Assembly: GCA_038065455.1 (NCBI GenBank)
Contig: JBBTQX010000002.1
Location: 1-64,000, forward strand
Direction: 5' to 3'
DNA: 64,000 bases
Origin: Patescibacteria group bacterium
GTDB lineage: Bacteria > Patescibacteriota > Minisyncoccia > UBA6257 > GWB1-50-10
A model generated the notes under the pieces. It made no database searches. It was not told the origin of the DNA and worked only from the letters and a program-made list of their open reading frames with translations. A program made the position numbers and the translations under genes. Every line of letters starts with the position of its first letter. Position 1 is the stretch's first letter. Positions 52,143 through 60,802 of this stretch are shown here, piece after piece.

Positions 52143-53912
52143 TTATACCACCTCGGCGTTATAGCAGCTTTCACAATATACGATTTCCTTGCGGTCGGGG
52201 GAATATGAGGTTTCGAATTCATTCGGGCACTTCCCTTCTCTATGCTGGTGCTTCACGGTGTTTTGATAAATTCCGTTCTCCGATTTTTGACTGGAGCATT
52301 GGCATTGGCGATGCCAAAGCGAAAATGGATTGCGTAATCCAAAACGCGCCCCGGCTCGACAATGAAAACAATTATGCGGTATTGGAATACGCATTTTTCT
52401 GTAGAACATTAATTCCGACGGCACAATCCGATAATTTCTTGCGCATAATGAACAACGCAGAGTTTCATTTAAGATAGTATCCGACACATCGGAAATGCTC
52501 TCCGGCAACTTATCCAGGGAAATAGTTTCTTTGCCGGTAGTAACTTGAAAATGTTCTTGCCAACAGATTTTTTCTTCTTCCGCCTGTTTTTGAGTTATCG
52601 GAAAAAAATCCTGCGCTACCGTTTCATTGTAGGCAAAGTACGATAGTTCAGTCGGAAAGAATTCTCCATGTTTGTATGTTCTTCCTTTCGAATCGATGTA
52701 TGGTATTTCATCCATTTGTTTCTTTATTTTTGAAATCAATTCTTCATATTCTTCTTTGGAATATTGCTTATTCAAAACGCAATATTGGGCTTTCTTCAGG
52801 CCGCAACAGCCAAAAATGTCTTTTGACGAGTGGCATCCATCGACATAGGAAACTTCCGTATTTTTCCAGGAAAATATCGAGAAGCGGCTTCTATACGAGT
52901 GGTCGGGAGTAATTCCTTCATAGCATTGATCAAGCTCGCCTCCTACACTTAGGTCATAGCTCGCTTTAGGGGTATCGGAATTTTCAACCCATCGGCAATC
53001 TTCCGGACGCTGAACATTGAAACAGTCTCTGGAATTCTTGCCGTTTATGAGGGCATCACCCGTGCAATTAACACAATTTCTTAAACTTGAGAATTTCCTG
53101 GGGTAGAGAGGAAAAATAGATAAAAGCTCTTTCATTGCTCTTTCTGCGCCTGCGTGGGTATCAAGCCGATATTCGGCGAGAATGCGATTGTATTCCTCTT
53201 TTGTATATTCTTTATTCTTGAAACAATAACGCTTATGCCTGATGCCGACAGATAGGAAACAATCGGAACAATCCCTGCAATCCCAGCAAAAATTGCAATC
53301 GGAAAGCGCGACGGAATAATAAACATTCCGACATCGATAACATTTCTCCGTATAAACAGTTTCATAAATCGCTTCGCATTCTCCCATTGAATTAAGGCTA
53401 TCCACAATTTCTTTTCCATCGAGGAGATAAACGCTATAAAGACATTCTTCAAGTTTCCAGGCAATAAAAACCATATAGCAGTTCTTGCTACGCGCGAAAT
53501 CCTGGGTATATTCGCAATTCAAGCTTCCGATTCCGTTGTCATTCACCATCGCGAGCGCTGGCACGCGTCTTTGCAGTTCCGCGAATTGTTCGAAGAATGA
53601 TTTGGAAAAATCATATTCTTGCGCATAAGACTTCGGATCCCATCCGTCGGACCACCAGCATTTCTGACAATACACGCTTTTCATTGGTCCATCCGGAGAA
53701 TAGAGGGAAATTATGTTTTTATTGCATAAGTCGCATTTTCTGGAGTAAAGCGATAAATCATTCCGCCAGGAAAGCCGGCGCTGTTTTCGGCATTCCGGGC
53801 ACCAAGTCGGCGGCGGAACCTTCATTTTCTCATAAAACAAGAAATCGTCCGGTTCGATTGTGAACGGGTTTTTGCAGTTCTGACAGTTTTTGGTTTCTAT
53901 TTTATTACTCAT
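52143..53912 (-). CDS. Cys-rich zinc-ribbon/repeat protein of unknown function (CPR-type)
   Basis: CQNC, CPEC, CDLC, CQKC; CxxCxxCxxC repeats; HGEFFP; C-terminal VYCESCY. Confidence 0.8.
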   Translation of the reverse strand: MSNKIETKNCQNCKNPFTIEPDDFLFYEKMKVPPPTWCPECRKQRRLSWRNDLSLYSRKCDLCNKNIISLYSPDGPMKSVYCQKCWWSDGWDPKSYAQEYDFSKSFFEQFAELQRRVPALAMVNDNGIGSLNCEYTQDFARSKNCYMVFIAWKLEECLYSVYLLDGKEIVDSLNSMGECEAIYETVYTEKCYRCRNVYYSVALSDCNFCWDCRDCSDCFLSVGIRHKRYCFKNKEYTKEEYNRILAEYRLDTHAGAERAMKELLSIFPLYPRKFSSLRNCVNCTGDALINGKNSRDCFNVQRPEDCRWVENSDTPKASYDLSVGGELDQCYEGITPDHSYRSRFSIFSWKNTEVSYVDGCHSSKDIFGCCGLKKAQYCVLNKQYSKEEYEELISKIKKQMDEIPYIDSKGRTYKHGEFFPTELSYFAYNETVAQDFFPITQKQAEEEKICWQEHFQVTTGKETISLDKLPESISDVSDTILNETLRCSLCARNYRIVPSELMFYRKMRIPIPHNCFHCRAGARFGLRNPFSLWHRQCQCSSQKSENGIYQNTVKHQHREGKCPNEFETSYSPDRKEIVYCESCYNAEVV

Positions 53913-53920
53913 TTTATTTC

Positions 53921-53950
53921 CTAGGTGGTGTCTTTAAAGACACCACCTAG
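53921..53950. repeat. Family D palindrome, copy 4
   Basis: CTAGGTGGTGTCTTTAAAGACACCACCTAG, perfect 30-bp palindrome. Confidence 0.85.
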
Positions 53951-53968
53951 TTTTTGTCTTATTTTATA

Positions 53969-55168
53969 TCAACCGTATAGTCTTTCTAGCTCCTTGTATT
54001 TGGAATTGCGGCTCTCGACGGGCGCGCCGATCTTCACGCCATAGGCGCCGCCGGCCTTGGCGAAGTGGATTATGAAAGCGTCCTCCACTTCCCCCGAACG
54101 GTGGGAAACGATGGTTTTCACGCCGTTCAAGCGGGCAATCTTCATGGCTTCGCAGGTTTCGGTCACAGTGCCGATTTGATTCGGCTTCACTATCAATCCG
54201 CTGATTAGCCCTTCGCGGACTGCCTTCTCAATCGCGATGGGATTGGTTGTCGTGAGGTCATCCCCCACCACAAGCGCTCCCGCGGAACGGGAAGTTAATT
54301 TCTTGAAGCCTTCTTCGTCGGTTTCGGCGAACGGGTCTTCGATAGACATAAGAAGCGGGAAGGATTTCAGATAGAATTCGTAAACCTCCGCCATCTCATT
54401 GGTCGAAAGATTCCGTCCGTCGAATCGGTAGCGGCCGTTCTCAAAAAATCCGCTCGCGGCGGCATCAATAGCCAGAGAAAAATCGGGCGCCAACTTCCCC
54501 TCTTCTATCGCTTTTCCGAGAACTCTCAAAGGCCCGGCATTATCGGGAAAATCCAGAGAATATCCCCCTTCGTCCCCCAGCACCAATTTTCTTAGGCCGA
54601 ATTCTTCTTTGATTTTCCCTCCCAATTTTTCATAGAAATCTTTCAATTCCGCGATGCTCCTCCCGAAGGAATCGTGGGTTTTCGCCACAACCATATATTC
54701 CTGGATATCCAGATTGTTCTTCGCGTGCGTCCCGCCATTTATGAGATTAGAAAATATTAGCGGATTTTCCCCAAAAATCTCTCCGCCGAAGAATTCCTCG
54801 TTCAAAACTTCCCACAATTCCTTGTTCTTCGACTTGGCAACCAGACGCGCGAAAGAAACCGAGATGCCTAATATCAGGTTCCCGCCCAATATTTCTTTCC
54901 GCGGCGTGCCGTCCAAAGTGATGAGGAACGCATCCAGTTCGCCGATAGATTCGAAGTTCCGCCTTAAAATCTCCGGCTTTATCTTTTTTCCTGCGACTCG
55001 TATCGCCTCCGCGGGCTCCAGAACATCCGCCTCGTTCTTTCCCCGGCTCTTACCGGAGGGAATCTGCGCCGAAGCGGTATCGCCATATTCTCCCGTCAAA
55101 AACACCTCGATGGTCGGCTTCCCCCTGAAATCCGTTATTTCCTTTACTTCAATGTCTTTTATCCTCAT
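53969..55168 (-). CDS. eno: Enolase (divergent)
   Basis: RGKPTIE, INGGTH, QEY, GDEGG, SIEDPF, VGDDL, KPNQIG, SHRSGE. Confidence 0.93.
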   Translation of the reverse strand: MRIKDIEVKEITDFRGKPTIEVFLTGEYGDTASAQIPSGKSRGKNEADVLEPAEAIRVAGKKIKPEILRRNFESIGELDAFLITLDGTPRKEILGGNLILGISVSFARLVAKSKNKELWEVLNEEFFGGEIFGENPLIFSNLINGGTHAKNNLDIQEYMVVAKTHDSFGRSIAELKDFYEKLGGKIKEEFGLRKLVLGDEGGYSLDFPDNAGPLRVLGKAIEEGKLAPDFSLAIDAAASGFFENGRYRFDGRNLSTNEMAEVYEFYLKSFPLLMSIEDPFAETDEEGFKKLTSRSAGALVVGDDLTTTNPIAIEKAVREGLISGLIVKPNQIGTVTETCEAMKIARLNGVKTIVSHRSGEVEDAFIIHFAKAGGAYGVKIGAPVESRNSKYKELERLYG

Positions 55169-56163
55169 GCGATGAAATTCTTCGGGTCTGCGCTGTTATT
55201 AATAAAACCCGAGATGTTCTGGAGTGTTACGGTCAATATCCTCATTAAAGCTTCGACGGTATTGAAAGCGTTGTGCGGAGTGATTAAAACGTTCGGCATT
55301 TTTATGAGCGCGTGATTTTCGAGAATTATTTTCATCGCTTCTCCGCTCGGCTCCGGCCCTTTTTCATATTTCGTTCCGCTCTCTTCTTCGAGTACATCCA
55401 ATCCCGCGCCAGCCAGTATTCCATCTTGGAGCGCTTTCACGAGCGCATTCGTCTCCACGATCGGCCCGCGGGCGGTATTCACCAAATACGCTCCTCTTTT
55501 TATCAAACTAATGTTATTTATATTAATGAGATGGCGGGTTTCCGGAGTCAAAGGACAATGGATAGTGAGTACATCGGACTGCTTGAGCAATTCCTCGAGC
55601 GGAAGATATATGAAACCCAGTTCCTTTGCAGCCGCCGCATTTTCTATTACATCATAGGCGATGATTTTCATCCCGAAGCCGTTCGCGATTCTCGCCGATT
55701 CCAACCCGATCCGGCCCGTACCGATAATGCCGATTGTCCGGCCCTTGAGATCGATACCTCGAAGACCTTCAAGCGAAAAAGAGCCGCTTTCCTTGATGCG
55801 GTCTACCGCCAGATAGATTTTCCGGGTTAAATTCAGAAGGAGTCCGAAGGCCAGTTCCGCCACCGTGTTGTTGCCATAGCCCGGCACGTAACCCACTTTT
55901 ATTCCTTTCGCTTTGCACGCCTCAAGGTCGATATGGTCGAAGCCGGTGGAATTTGTCGTCACCATCTTCAAATTTGGGAAATGTTCCAACACCTTCGCCG
56001 TTATCTTCGAATTGACGAAAATGGCGAGAATGTCGAAATCGTTCCGTTCCGGCAGTTCTTCCTCCGTAATCGCCTTATTCGAGAAATACAATTCGTGGCC
56101 GGGCAGGCTCTCTCGCGCCGTTTTTTCCTCCCACCCCTCCGCCTCGAAAAATCCTATTTTCAT
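55165..56163 (-). CDS. D-2-hydroxyacid dehydrogenase (D-lactate dehydrogenase/hydroxypyruvate reductase-like)
   Basis: STGFDHID, GTGRIG, HCPLT, NTARG, LDVLEEE, TPHNAF. Confidence 0.93.
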   Translation of the reverse strand: MKIGFFEAEGWEEKTARESLPGHELYFSNKAITEEELPERNDFDILAIFVNSKITAKVLEHFPNLKMVTTNSTGFDHIDLEACKAKGIKVGYVPGYGNNTVAELAFGLLLNLTRKIYLAVDRIKESGSFSLEGLRGIDLKGRTIGIIGTGRIGLESARIANGFGMKIIAYDVIENAAAAKELGFIYLPLEELLKQSDVLTIHCPLTPETRHLININNISLIKRGAYLVNTARGPIVETNALVKALQDGILAGAGLDVLEEESGTKYEKGPEPSGEAMKIILENHALIKMPNVLITPHNAFNTVEALMRILTVTLQNISGFINNSADPKNFIA

Positions 56164-56202
56164 ATGGCTTCATTATAACGGAATGGGCCGATTTATAAAA
56201 AC

Positions 56203-56230
56203 AAAAAAACCGCGGTATATAATACCGCGG
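56203..56230 (-). terminator. Intrinsic terminator
   Basis: CCGCGGTAT/ATACCGCGG stem followed by T7 on the - strand. Confidence 0.75.
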
Positions 56231-56231
56231 C

Positions 56232-56486
56232 TTATAATGACTGTAATCCGGAAAAGGCAAATTCGTCGAAATCTTCGATTGGTTCCGAGATCAAATCATC
56301 CTTGGAGATATCGCAACCGAGTTTTTCACTTGAAATTATCCCTTTTCCCGATTTGAATATCGTTCCGATAATTTCTCTGCCTTTGATTTCCTCTATTTTT
56401 ACCACAAATATCGAGGTTCCTTCTATCTTCGCATGGGAACCGTAGAATTTGCCGATCTCGAACTTTTTCGAGTCACCGTTTTTCAT
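56232..56486 (-). CDS. Small hypothetical protein (84 aa)
   Basis: Clean intergenic ORF with purine-rich RBS and a terminator. Confidence 0.6.
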   Translation of the reverse strand: MKNGDSKKFEIGKFYGSHAKIEGTSIFVVKIEEIKGREIIGTIFKSGKGIISSEKLGCDISKDDLISEPIEDFDEFAFSGLQSL

Positions 56487-56591
56487 AGGGTTCTTTTCCT
56501 TTCTTTTTTGATTGGTGATATAAAACTACTGAATAAAAAATAACACCGGAACGAGTCCGGTGTCAAACCCAGGCGTGTTTTAGAGACGAAA

Positions 56592-57032
56592 TTAACTTTC
56601 CTTCGTTACTAGATAAATACCGAAGATTATTGCGATTACCGGCCAGATGAACATTCCCATATGAAAGAATGGGAAGAATTGCTGAATCATGAAAAAGATG
56701 CCGGCAACGACAATAATCGCCCCGATAATGACGCGGAAGCCGCCGTGCTTCTTGTCTTTCTTGATTTCTTCCGCCACCACCTTTGCTTCTTTTTTGACCT
56801 TCTTGGCAAAATCTTTCACCTCTTCTTTCGGGCTCGTTTCCGCTCCCGCTTCAAGCGGAGTTATAACGGAGAGTACCAAATATACGAAAAGACCCACGCC
56901 GCCGGGCATTGTAAGGAGAACGAAGATGATCCTCACGACCGTCGAATCGATATTGAAATATTTTCCCAATCCGCCGCACAAGCCGAATATCATCCTATCG
57001 CTCCGCGAACGATAAAGTTTTTTATGTTCCAT
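56592..57032 (-). CDS. pspC: PspC-domain membrane protein
   Basis: KKLYRSRSDRMIFGLCGGLGKYFNIDSTVVRI. Confidence 0.9.
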   Translation of the reverse strand: MEHKKLYRSRSDRMIFGLCGGLGKYFNIDSTVVRIIFVLLTMPGGVGLFVYLVLSVITPLEAGAETSPKEEVKDFAKKVKKEAKVVAEEIKKDKKHGGFRVIIGAIIVVAGIFFMIQQFFPFFHMGMFIWPVIAIIFGIYLVTKES

Positions 57033-57047
57033 AATCTAAAATATAAT

Positions 57048-59462
57048 CTATTTCCGGCTTAATTTCAAAATCGTCTTGATGACGGAATCCGGATTCAAAG
57101 AAATGCTCTTTATCCCCTCCTTTACCAAGAATTCCGCGAAATCGGGATAATCGGAGGGCGCCTGGCCGCAAATGCCAATGTATTTTTTCTTCGCGTTGCA
57201 CTTGTGGATTATTTCCGCGATGAGTTTTTTGACCGAAGGGTTATTCTCGTTCGCGATATGGGTCACGATACCAGAGTCCCTATCCAAACCGAGCGTGAGC
57301 TGAGTCAGATCGTTGGAACCGATGGACATCCCGTCGAAAATTTCCAAAAATTCGTCCGCCAAGAGTATATTGGAAGGAATTTCGCACATCACATAAATCT
57401 TGAGATTTTTGTCTTTTTTCCTGTTCAAGCCGTACTTCGCCATTATCTCCACTACTTTTCTTCCCTCTTCGGGCGTCCGGCAGAAAGGTATCATCGCTAC
57501 TACATTTTGAAGCCCCATCGTCTCACGCACTTTCTTCAGAGCTTTCACTTCCAAACTGAAAGCATCCTTGAACTTCGGGTCATAGTAGCGAGAAGCGCCG
57601 CGCCAGCCAAGCATCGGGTTTTCTTCGTTCGGCTCGTAACGCTCGCCGCCCAAAAGCTTGGAATATTCGTTTGTTTTGAAATCCGAAAAGCGGATAATCA
57701 CTTCGTTCGGCCAGAAGGCCGCGCCGATTTTCGCGATGCCCTCCGCGAGCTCGTCCACGTAGAAGTCTGTCTTCCGGCGGTAACCGAGCGTGATGGCGTC
57801 TATTTTCTCTACCAATTTTTTGGTTGCGGGATTCTTCTTCGCTTCGGAAACCAATTTCGGATAGTCGATGAGCGCGTTCGGATGGATTTTGATATGCGAA
57901 GCGATAATGAATTCGAGCCGTCCCAAGCCGACGCCCTGCGCCGGCAAGAAATGATTCTTGAAAGCCTCATCCGGCGAAGCGACATTCACCATCACTTTCA
58001 CTTTAGACTTCGGAAGCTTGTCCAAATGACGCTCCGTGACGCCAAAAGGCAGAATGCCCGCATATACCTTCCCCTCCTCGCCCGAGGCGCAATCCACCGT
58101 CACCTTCTGGCCGGTCTTCAAAACTTTCGTCGCCTTGCCCGCGCCTACGATGCACGGAATGCCAAGCTCGCGCGAAACGATTGCGGCGTGGGATGTCCGG
58201 CCGCCCTTGTCCGTAACGATGGCCGAGGCGATTTTCATAATCGGCTCCCAATCCGGATCGGTAATCTCGGTCACCAGCACCTCCCCTTTTTTGAAATCTT
58301 TTATTTTCTTAGCATCTTTGATGACGCGCACCGGACCCGCACCGATTTTCGCCCCGACAGCGATGCCATTTATAAGAACTTTAGATTGTTTCTGAAGATG
58401 GTATTCCTTATATATTTTCTTGTCCGTCAGAGCCTGAACGGTTTCCGGTCTGGCCTGGACAATGAAAAGCTTCTTCGTCCGTCCGTCCTTCGCCCACTCT
58501 ATATCCATCGGCTGATAGTGTTTATGGAGTTTCGAAAAATACTTCTCTATCTCCAAAGACCATTTCGCGAGCGTAAGCACCTCGTCCTCCGAAATGCAGA
58601 ACTTCGCCTGCTGGGACTCCGTTACCGAAACTCTCTTCGTTCCCTCTTTTCCGTATATGAGCTTCACATTCTTCTTCCCCAAATTCTGCTCGATAATGGC
58701 GCGATGGCCGGTTTCAAGCGTCGGTTTGAAAACCATGAATTCGTCCGGCGTCACCTGACCTTGAACGATCATCTCTCCTAAGCCCCAGGAGCCGGTGATA
58801 ATAATGGCGTTATCGAAGCCGCTCTCGGTATCAATCGTGAAAGCCACGCCCGAGGAGGCCAGGTCGGAGTGCACCATCTTCTGCACGCCGACCGAAAGCG
58901 CAATATCCGTATTGGCGAAACCCTTATCCACGCGGTATGAAATAGCGCGGTCGGTAAAAAGCGAAGCGATGCATTTTTTAGCCGAAAGAAGAACCGCTTC
59001 CACTCCCACTACATTCAGATAAGTTTCCTGCTGGCCGGCGAAAGATGCGCCCGGCAAATCCTCTGCAGTCGCGGACGAACGCACAGCCGTGTCGGTATTT
59101 TTGCCGTACATCTTCTCCAGTTTCCGATAGGCTTCGCGGATAGCCCTCGTGAGCTCTTTCGGTAATTCGGCTTCAATTATTATTTTGCGAATTTCTTTTC
59201 CGCTTTTCTGCAGTTCCCGAATATCCTTTGTATTCGTCCTCTTCATTATCTCCCGGATTTTCTTGTCCAAACCGGTCTTTTTCAAAAAGAAGCGGTAGGC
59301 AAAGGCGGTGAGCGCGAAACCGTTCGGGATATTTACGCCGAGCGGAACGAGGTGCGAATACATCTCCCCCAGTGCGGCGTTCTTCCCGCCCACGAGTGGG
59401 ACATCCTTGATACCAAGTTCCTTGAACCACAAAACGAACGATTTTTTCTTAGATTGAGCCAT
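57048..59462 (-). CDS. ppsA: Phosphoenolpyruvate synthase
   Basis: VGGKNA, VRSSATAEDL, QARPETV, GGRTSHAAIVSRE, EENPMLGWRG, SIGSNDLTQ. Confidence 0.98.
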   Translation of the reverse strand: MAQSKKKSFVLWFKELGIKDVPLVGGKNAALGEMYSHLVPLGVNIPNGFALTAFAYRFFLKKTGLDKKIREIMKRTNTKDIRELQKSGKEIRKIIIEAELPKELTRAIREAYRKLEKMYGKNTDTAVRSSATAEDLPGASFAGQQETYLNVVGVEAVLLSAKKCIASLFTDRAISYRVDKGFANTDIALSVGVQKMVHSDLASSGVAFTIDTESGFDNAIIITGSWGLGEMIVQGQVTPDEFMVFKPTLETGHRAIIEQNLGKKNVKLIYGKEGTKRVSVTESQQAKFCISEDEVLTLAKWSLEIEKYFSKLHKHYQPMDIEWAKDGRTKKLFIVQARPETVQALTDKKIYKEYHLQKQSKVLINGIAVGAKIGAGPVRVIKDAKKIKDFKKGEVLVTEITDPDWEPIMKIASAIVTDKGGRTSHAAIVSRELGIPCIVGAGKATKVLKTGQKVTVDCASGEEGKVYAGILPFGVTERHLDKLPKSKVKVMVNVASPDEAFKNHFLPAQGVGLGRLEFIIASHIKIHPNALIDYPKLVSEAKKNPATKKLVEKIDAITLGYRRKTDFYVDELAEGIAKIGAAFWPNEVIIRFSDFKTNEYSKLLGGERYEPNEENPMLGWRGASRYYDPKFKDAFSLEVKALKKVRETMGLQNVVAMIPFCRTPEEGRKVVEIMAKYGLNRKKDKNLKIYVMCEIPSNILLADEFLEIFDGMSIGSNDLTQLTLGLDRDSGIVTHIANENNPSVKKLIAEIIHKCNAKKKYIGICGQAPSDYPDFAEFLVKEGIKSISLNPDSVIKTILKLSRK

Positions 59463-59506
59463 ATTTCGTATTTCAGACTACCTCGCTATTATAACACTAC
59501 CGATAT

Positions 59507-60784
59507 TTACCCTTTAATTGCGATAATTAAATCCGACACATTGGAACCGGTGTCGCCGGTCAGGAGATAGTCCCCAACTTCTTTGAAAAACGCGTAGGAA
59601 TCGTTGTTCTTCAAAAATTCCTCCGGCTTCAGACCGAGTTTCGCGGCCTTTTCACTGGTTATTTTATCACAAAGCGCGCCCGCGAAATCGGTGTTGTCCC
59701 GCCCATCCGAGGCAAAAGAAAGTATCAGTTCGCCGTCGCCTACCTCTCCCAAAGCACCCATCGCCACCTCCTGGTTCCGACCGCCTTCACCCGCGCCTTT
59801 CACACAAACAGTCGTCTCTCCGCCATAAAGAACGGCGGTTTTTCGGTTCTCCTTATGGAGATTGGCGGCAATTTCCTTTCCCTTATCCCTCGCTTCTCCC
59901 TCCAGGATATTGGTATGGATATCGGCATCGAAACCCAACTCCTTCGCCTTTTCGGACATAGCCGAAAGAGCGGTGATGTTGTCCATAAAAACGATATTCG
60001 CCATCTTCTCGAAGAATTTGTTTCCTTTGGGCGTTTCGAGCGGCTCTATTTTCAAGCCGATTGATTTTTCAATGCCGTATTTTTCCAAAACGAGGCGCGC
60101 ATCCTCCACTGTCGTCGTATCTTTCACCGTCGGCCCGGAAGCGACGAATTCGATGCTTCCCCGCACATCCGAAAAAATGAGCGCGACCGAGGTGGCCGGA
60201 TAGGCGTAGGCCGCGAGATGCCCGCCGCGCGCGAGCGATAAGTGCTTCCGAACCGTATTGGTTTCCTCAATATTGGCGCCCGCGCGAAAAAGCGCCTGCA
60301 GAATATCCTTTTCATCCTGACAGACCAACTCTTTGGGCTGGCATAAAAGCGTCGAGCCGCCGCCGGATATCACAAACAAAACAAAATCCTTTTCGGCCAA
60401 AGAAGAAAGTAGTTTGATTATCTCCGCCGTCGCATCGATATTCCTAGGCTCGGGAAAAGGATGGGCGCCGGCGAATGTCTTTATTTTATTTAAGCTTCCT
60501 TCGTGCACATCGAGTACGATGCCGCCGTTCAATTTTTCGCCCAAAATCTCCTCAAGCGCTCGGCCGGCCTCAAGCGCGCACTTCCCCACCCCCACCACGA
60601 AAATGCGTTCAAAATGCGAAAGGTCAAATTCCCTGCCTTTTACGGAAAGAGTGTTTTCCCCGAGAATAATTTCTTTTTTTATATATTTTTCCGTATCAAT
60701 CGCATCGAGTCCCGCCTCCGCTATTTCCAAAGCGGCTTTCCGCAAATCCGTCTCCGCCAATTCCTTGAAATTCCGGATCTTCAT
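59507..60784 (-). CDS. Glycerate 2-kinase (MOFRL/TtuD family)
   Basis: GVGK, HPFP, ISGGGS, RKHLS..RGG, SDV, SGPT, GGETTV, GGRNQE, TGSNVSD. Confidence 0.93.
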   Translation of the reverse strand: MKIRNFKELAETDLRKAALEIAEAGLDAIDTEKYIKKEIILGENTLSVKGREFDLSHFERIFVVGVGKCALEAGRALEEILGEKLNGGIVLDVHEGSLNKIKTFAGAHPFPEPRNIDATAEIIKLLSSLAEKDFVLFVISGGGSTLLCQPKELVCQDEKDILQALFRAGANIEETNTVRKHLSLARGGHLAAYAYPATSVALIFSDVRGSIEFVASGPTVKDTTTVEDARLVLEKYGIEKSIGLKIEPLETPKGNKFFEKMANIVFMDNITALSAMSEKAKELGFDADIHTNILEGEARDKGKEIAANLHKENRKTAVLYGGETTVCVKGAGEGGRNQEVAMGALGEVGDGELILSFASDGRDNTDFAGALCDKITSEKAAKLGLKPEEFLKNNDSYAFFKEVGDYLLTGDTGSNVSDLIIAIKG

Positions 60785-60802
60785 TTATCTAACATTTTAG
60801 CA

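Noticed and set aside
52143-52153. Half family D motif (GGTGGTATAA) at the end of the Cys-rich gene
   Set aside because: No matching arm; explained by EVV* codons plus the doxX -10 box
57204-58781. 525-aa ORF antisense to ppsA
   Set aside because: Shadow frame from codon bias; no domain features
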